Below are positions 60,739 to 64,000 of a stretch of 64,000 bases of DNA, piece after piece (position 1 is the stretch's first letter; every line of letters starts with the position of its first letter). This stretch comes from Chrysomallon squamiferum (Eukaryota; Animalia; Mollusca): NCBI GenBank assembly GCA_012295275.1, contig CM022665.1:28024001-28088000 (forward strand), read 5' to 3'. The notes under the pieces were generated by a model. It was given only the letters and a program-made list of their open reading frames with translations. It was not told the DNA's origin and ran no database searches. The translations under genes were made by a program, and so were the position numbers.

Positions 60739-62803
60739 GTTCTGCTGTGTAGTGTGGTCCCTGAAATAAAAGAAAACAAATTTAAAATTAATTAACTTAA
60801 GGTGAGATATGGAAAAAATTAACAAAAGTAAGTAAACAACAATGTATTGTTATTTGAAACATATGTATTACATTATTCATATATGTCATATATGTAAACT
60901 CAGTTGTTTATAGTTTGTTATGTAATATGATAAATATCTCACAAAGCAAAATAAACAGAAAACAGAAAAAACAGACATACACAAACAAACACAAATACAC
61001 ACAGGCACCCCAAAACAAAAATATACAAACCACTGTGGCATTATTAATATGAAAGAAAAATTAAAATATATTTCATTATCTAAAAAACAAAATACAAAAA
61101 CAAAAACTAGAATAATAATCCAGTTATTATTAAAATGATTTTTGTTAAATCACATTATAAAAATTTCAAAAATCATTGCTCTTTTTCAAGTTTGACATGT
61201 GATGTGGTTTAGATCAGGGGTTGCCAATGTGGTCAGTATCAACCCCTGTGATCAATGGTTACTCTCAAGCAATCAATGAGAACTAAAAGATTGTTAGGTC
61301 AGTGAAAGATAAATTGGTCTTTAGAAAGGTGGGTTTTTTTCAGAAATTTTAATATTCAACAGAAAAAAAAGAACTTAAAATCTCAAAACAATTTATATAT
61401 TGATTAAATAATAATAATAATGAAAAAAATATATGACATTTTTGATGAACTTACAGAAATGTCTGTTGATCTCACAGCAAAAACATCATTCAAAAATAAG
61501 ACAAGCAAATGTTTTGATGGAAGAGATTAATATTAGATATCCCAAAACCTGTGTATGTATGCTACCTTTTATTTCTTGATCAATATGAATGTATTAGAAA
61601 TATAACAGTGATAAAAATATTCCATTGTTTCAATTGTCTACGATAGGCTTTTATTATTTAAAAATGATATTATTATTTAATTATTGACTACTAATGTCAC
61701 TCATAAATGGAATTATTAAAAAGATATTATAACAATAATTAACAAATAATTAAATTTAAAAAATGTATTTAGTTATTAGATTTCCTTAGCATATTTCTAT
61801 TTAAAATACAGTGATAACATAAGACAGGCAGACAGACAGAGATAAAAAGATATATAAATGTAAATGTGACAGACACATAATACAGTGCAAAATTAAAGGC
61901 AAAAAGACTGTCCTATACAAGGTAAATAACTTCATTGTTCAAATTGAATAAATGTCATTCATTTGATTTAAAATGTTCTGAACACACACACACACACACA
62001 CACACACCTTGCTTATATATGTATGTATGTATATGAATGATTTTTTTAAAAACCCATGCAATATTTAGTATAATAATACTAAGAAAAGAGATCACACAAA
62101 AATTAAACAGTAAACACTTCCTTACCCCCAGAGATTTTTTAACCTGTTTCTGTTCTAGAAAGATTAAATTTACTCTGTTCTTGCTGTGTTTAATGAACCT
62201 CAAACAGGTTATATATAAACACATATTGCACAGTCACTATAATCACATGACCCACATTATTCCATCTTGAATCTCACACATTAACTATTGATAAATGTAT
62301 AATATAATATGTAGATAAGTAAACAGTGATGTATCCAAGGACAGCAGATACAATTTATAACCTGAATGGCAAAAGGGATATCTCATACCAAGCCTTGAAG
62401 TGTAACACTTATATATCTAGTTTGTTTAATCAGGTCAAAAGAAGTCACAAATACCTATACAACAAAACAACAATGTCTCAGCTCAAGCTGAAGCAATTCA
62501 GTCATTAAGATAAAGTCGATGTGCATGAAGGCATTAATAGCTAAAAATATAACAGTGTGAAATGAAATATAATTACATATAATGTGGCTGAAATAAATTA
62601 TCTTCCTCACTAACATGATTAACAGTTCGGTGTACTAATGTGACTTTTCTATATACTTAATTTGTTATTTCCTGATGTTTTTTCTTCTTCTTCCTCTTAT
62701 TCTGGTATTTGTTTGATGTTTACTGTTGTTAACTGACATATTTTTCTATTAGCTGATTAAACAAAAGGCAATGTATCTGAAGTATAAAAAAATAAAATAC
62801 AAA

Positions 62804-62806
<3 letters not shown>

Positions 62807-62848
<42 letters not shown>
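62807..62848. repeat. (TG)n microsatellite
   Basis: Seen directly. Confidence 0.95.
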
Positions 62849-62850
<2 letters not shown>

Positions 62851-64000
62851 ATATTAATACCAGAATTAACAAGTTTTTGAAACTCTAAGATTATCTTGTG
62901 TTATCACAAAGCTAATACAATCAGTTCAAAAGTCAAATGGTCACCCACTAACCTGTATACCGAATTTTAACAATGATTTCTAGTTAATTGTATATCTTAT
63001 AGAAAAATATCTTTTCTATGAATATTTGTTCAGGGTTTGTGTGAATGTAACTGTATTTGTGTATATGCACAAGCATCAGTATAATGATGTGTATGTGTGT
63101 GTCTTCATATATGTCTGTATGTGAATAAGTGGCATTCTTATGTATTTGTTTTTGTGTGTATATGTGTATGTGTGTTTCTGTGTTCTGTGTTCTGTGTGTG
63201 TGTGTGTGTGTGTGTATGATCAGAAGAAGCAAATGCTATTTATAAGCAATACTGAATATTTATGTTCATGTTTTTCTGTACATCATTGCAAAAGTTGTTT
63301 TCTGAATGCAAAAGTAAATACAATATTTGACTGGATATTAACATCAAAGCAGTTATAAAATAAAAACTATCAACAAACTTTTCATGAAAACCAAACTTGC
63401 TAATTTTCAAAATAGACTGAAAAGTGTTTTATTCAAAAACTAGATGAAATTTCAGTTTTCATATTTTCAAAACAATAAAAAAAAAATGAATACTGAACAA
63501 AACAAATTTTAATAAAAAGAGATAATAATTAGTTTATTAAAGACCATGAAATATGCTTTGATGTCTAACAATTTGGCTTTGGTAAATTTCTTCTCAGATT
63601 ATCATTTTACATCTAACAACAATGATCTTACAGCAGAAAGACAACAATAACATCATTAGAATAATAAAAGAAATATGTTATCATACCCTGTTCATAATCC
63701 TTCTATTAATCCATAATAACATATTTCTTAATCAAATATATTAATTAGGTTGTTTATGATGCATTACAAAACATATAATACTTATCATTAATAAGACATG
63801 ATAGGTGATAAGATTTTTGTTTTCACCTAGCAACAAAGAATTTTATTTTATATATGTTTGAGTATGTTTGTGTGTATGTGACTACAGACAGAATAATACC
63901 ACAGTGTTTGTCAAACCATGACTAGCTGAACTTTGAAAATACAAAATAAGACTTATCAGGGAGTCAATTCTAAGCCAATAATACATCAGCCGAACATTAT

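Noticed and set aside
61215-61248. Inverted repeat caggggttg...caacccctg
   Set aside because: Probably a decayed hAT-type terminus; no matching far end or TSD found

Overview
Eukaryotic, very AT-rich, microsatellite-rich animal DNA, probably an invertebrate such as a mollusc (inferred from composition only). It holds three multi-exon genes, all on the minus strand, which I reconstructed by hand with matching reading phases. (1) ASPG, an L-asparaginase/60-kDa lysophospholipase with ankyrin repeats: ATG at 14282, 13 exons visible, 3' end off the window start, one GC-AG intron. (2) A reticulon (RTN1/Nogo-like), 31286->17702, 8 exons, about 345 aa. (3) Serine palmitoyltransferase subunit 2 (SPTLC2/LCB2), 60665->44392, 13 coding exons, about 551 aa; its promoter and first non-coding exon were not located. 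Non-coding DNA carries hAT MITEs, a Tigger4/Zombi-like element, a decayed Penelope RT fragment and other transposon relics. Main points of interest: (a) four exon-intron junctions have been locally duplicated into decoy splice sites; (b) a reticulon lies next to SPT, which Nogo-B regulates in mammals, and all three human orthologues are on chr14; (c) SPTLC2 has a uORF and an A30 tract abutting its ATG, plus substitutions in near-invariant motifs; (d) candidate micro-exons; (e) an MRPL49-like relic; (f) an orphan acidic ORF bracketed by two CRE palindromes. No prokaryotic systems, CRISPR arrays, rRNA or tRNA were seen.
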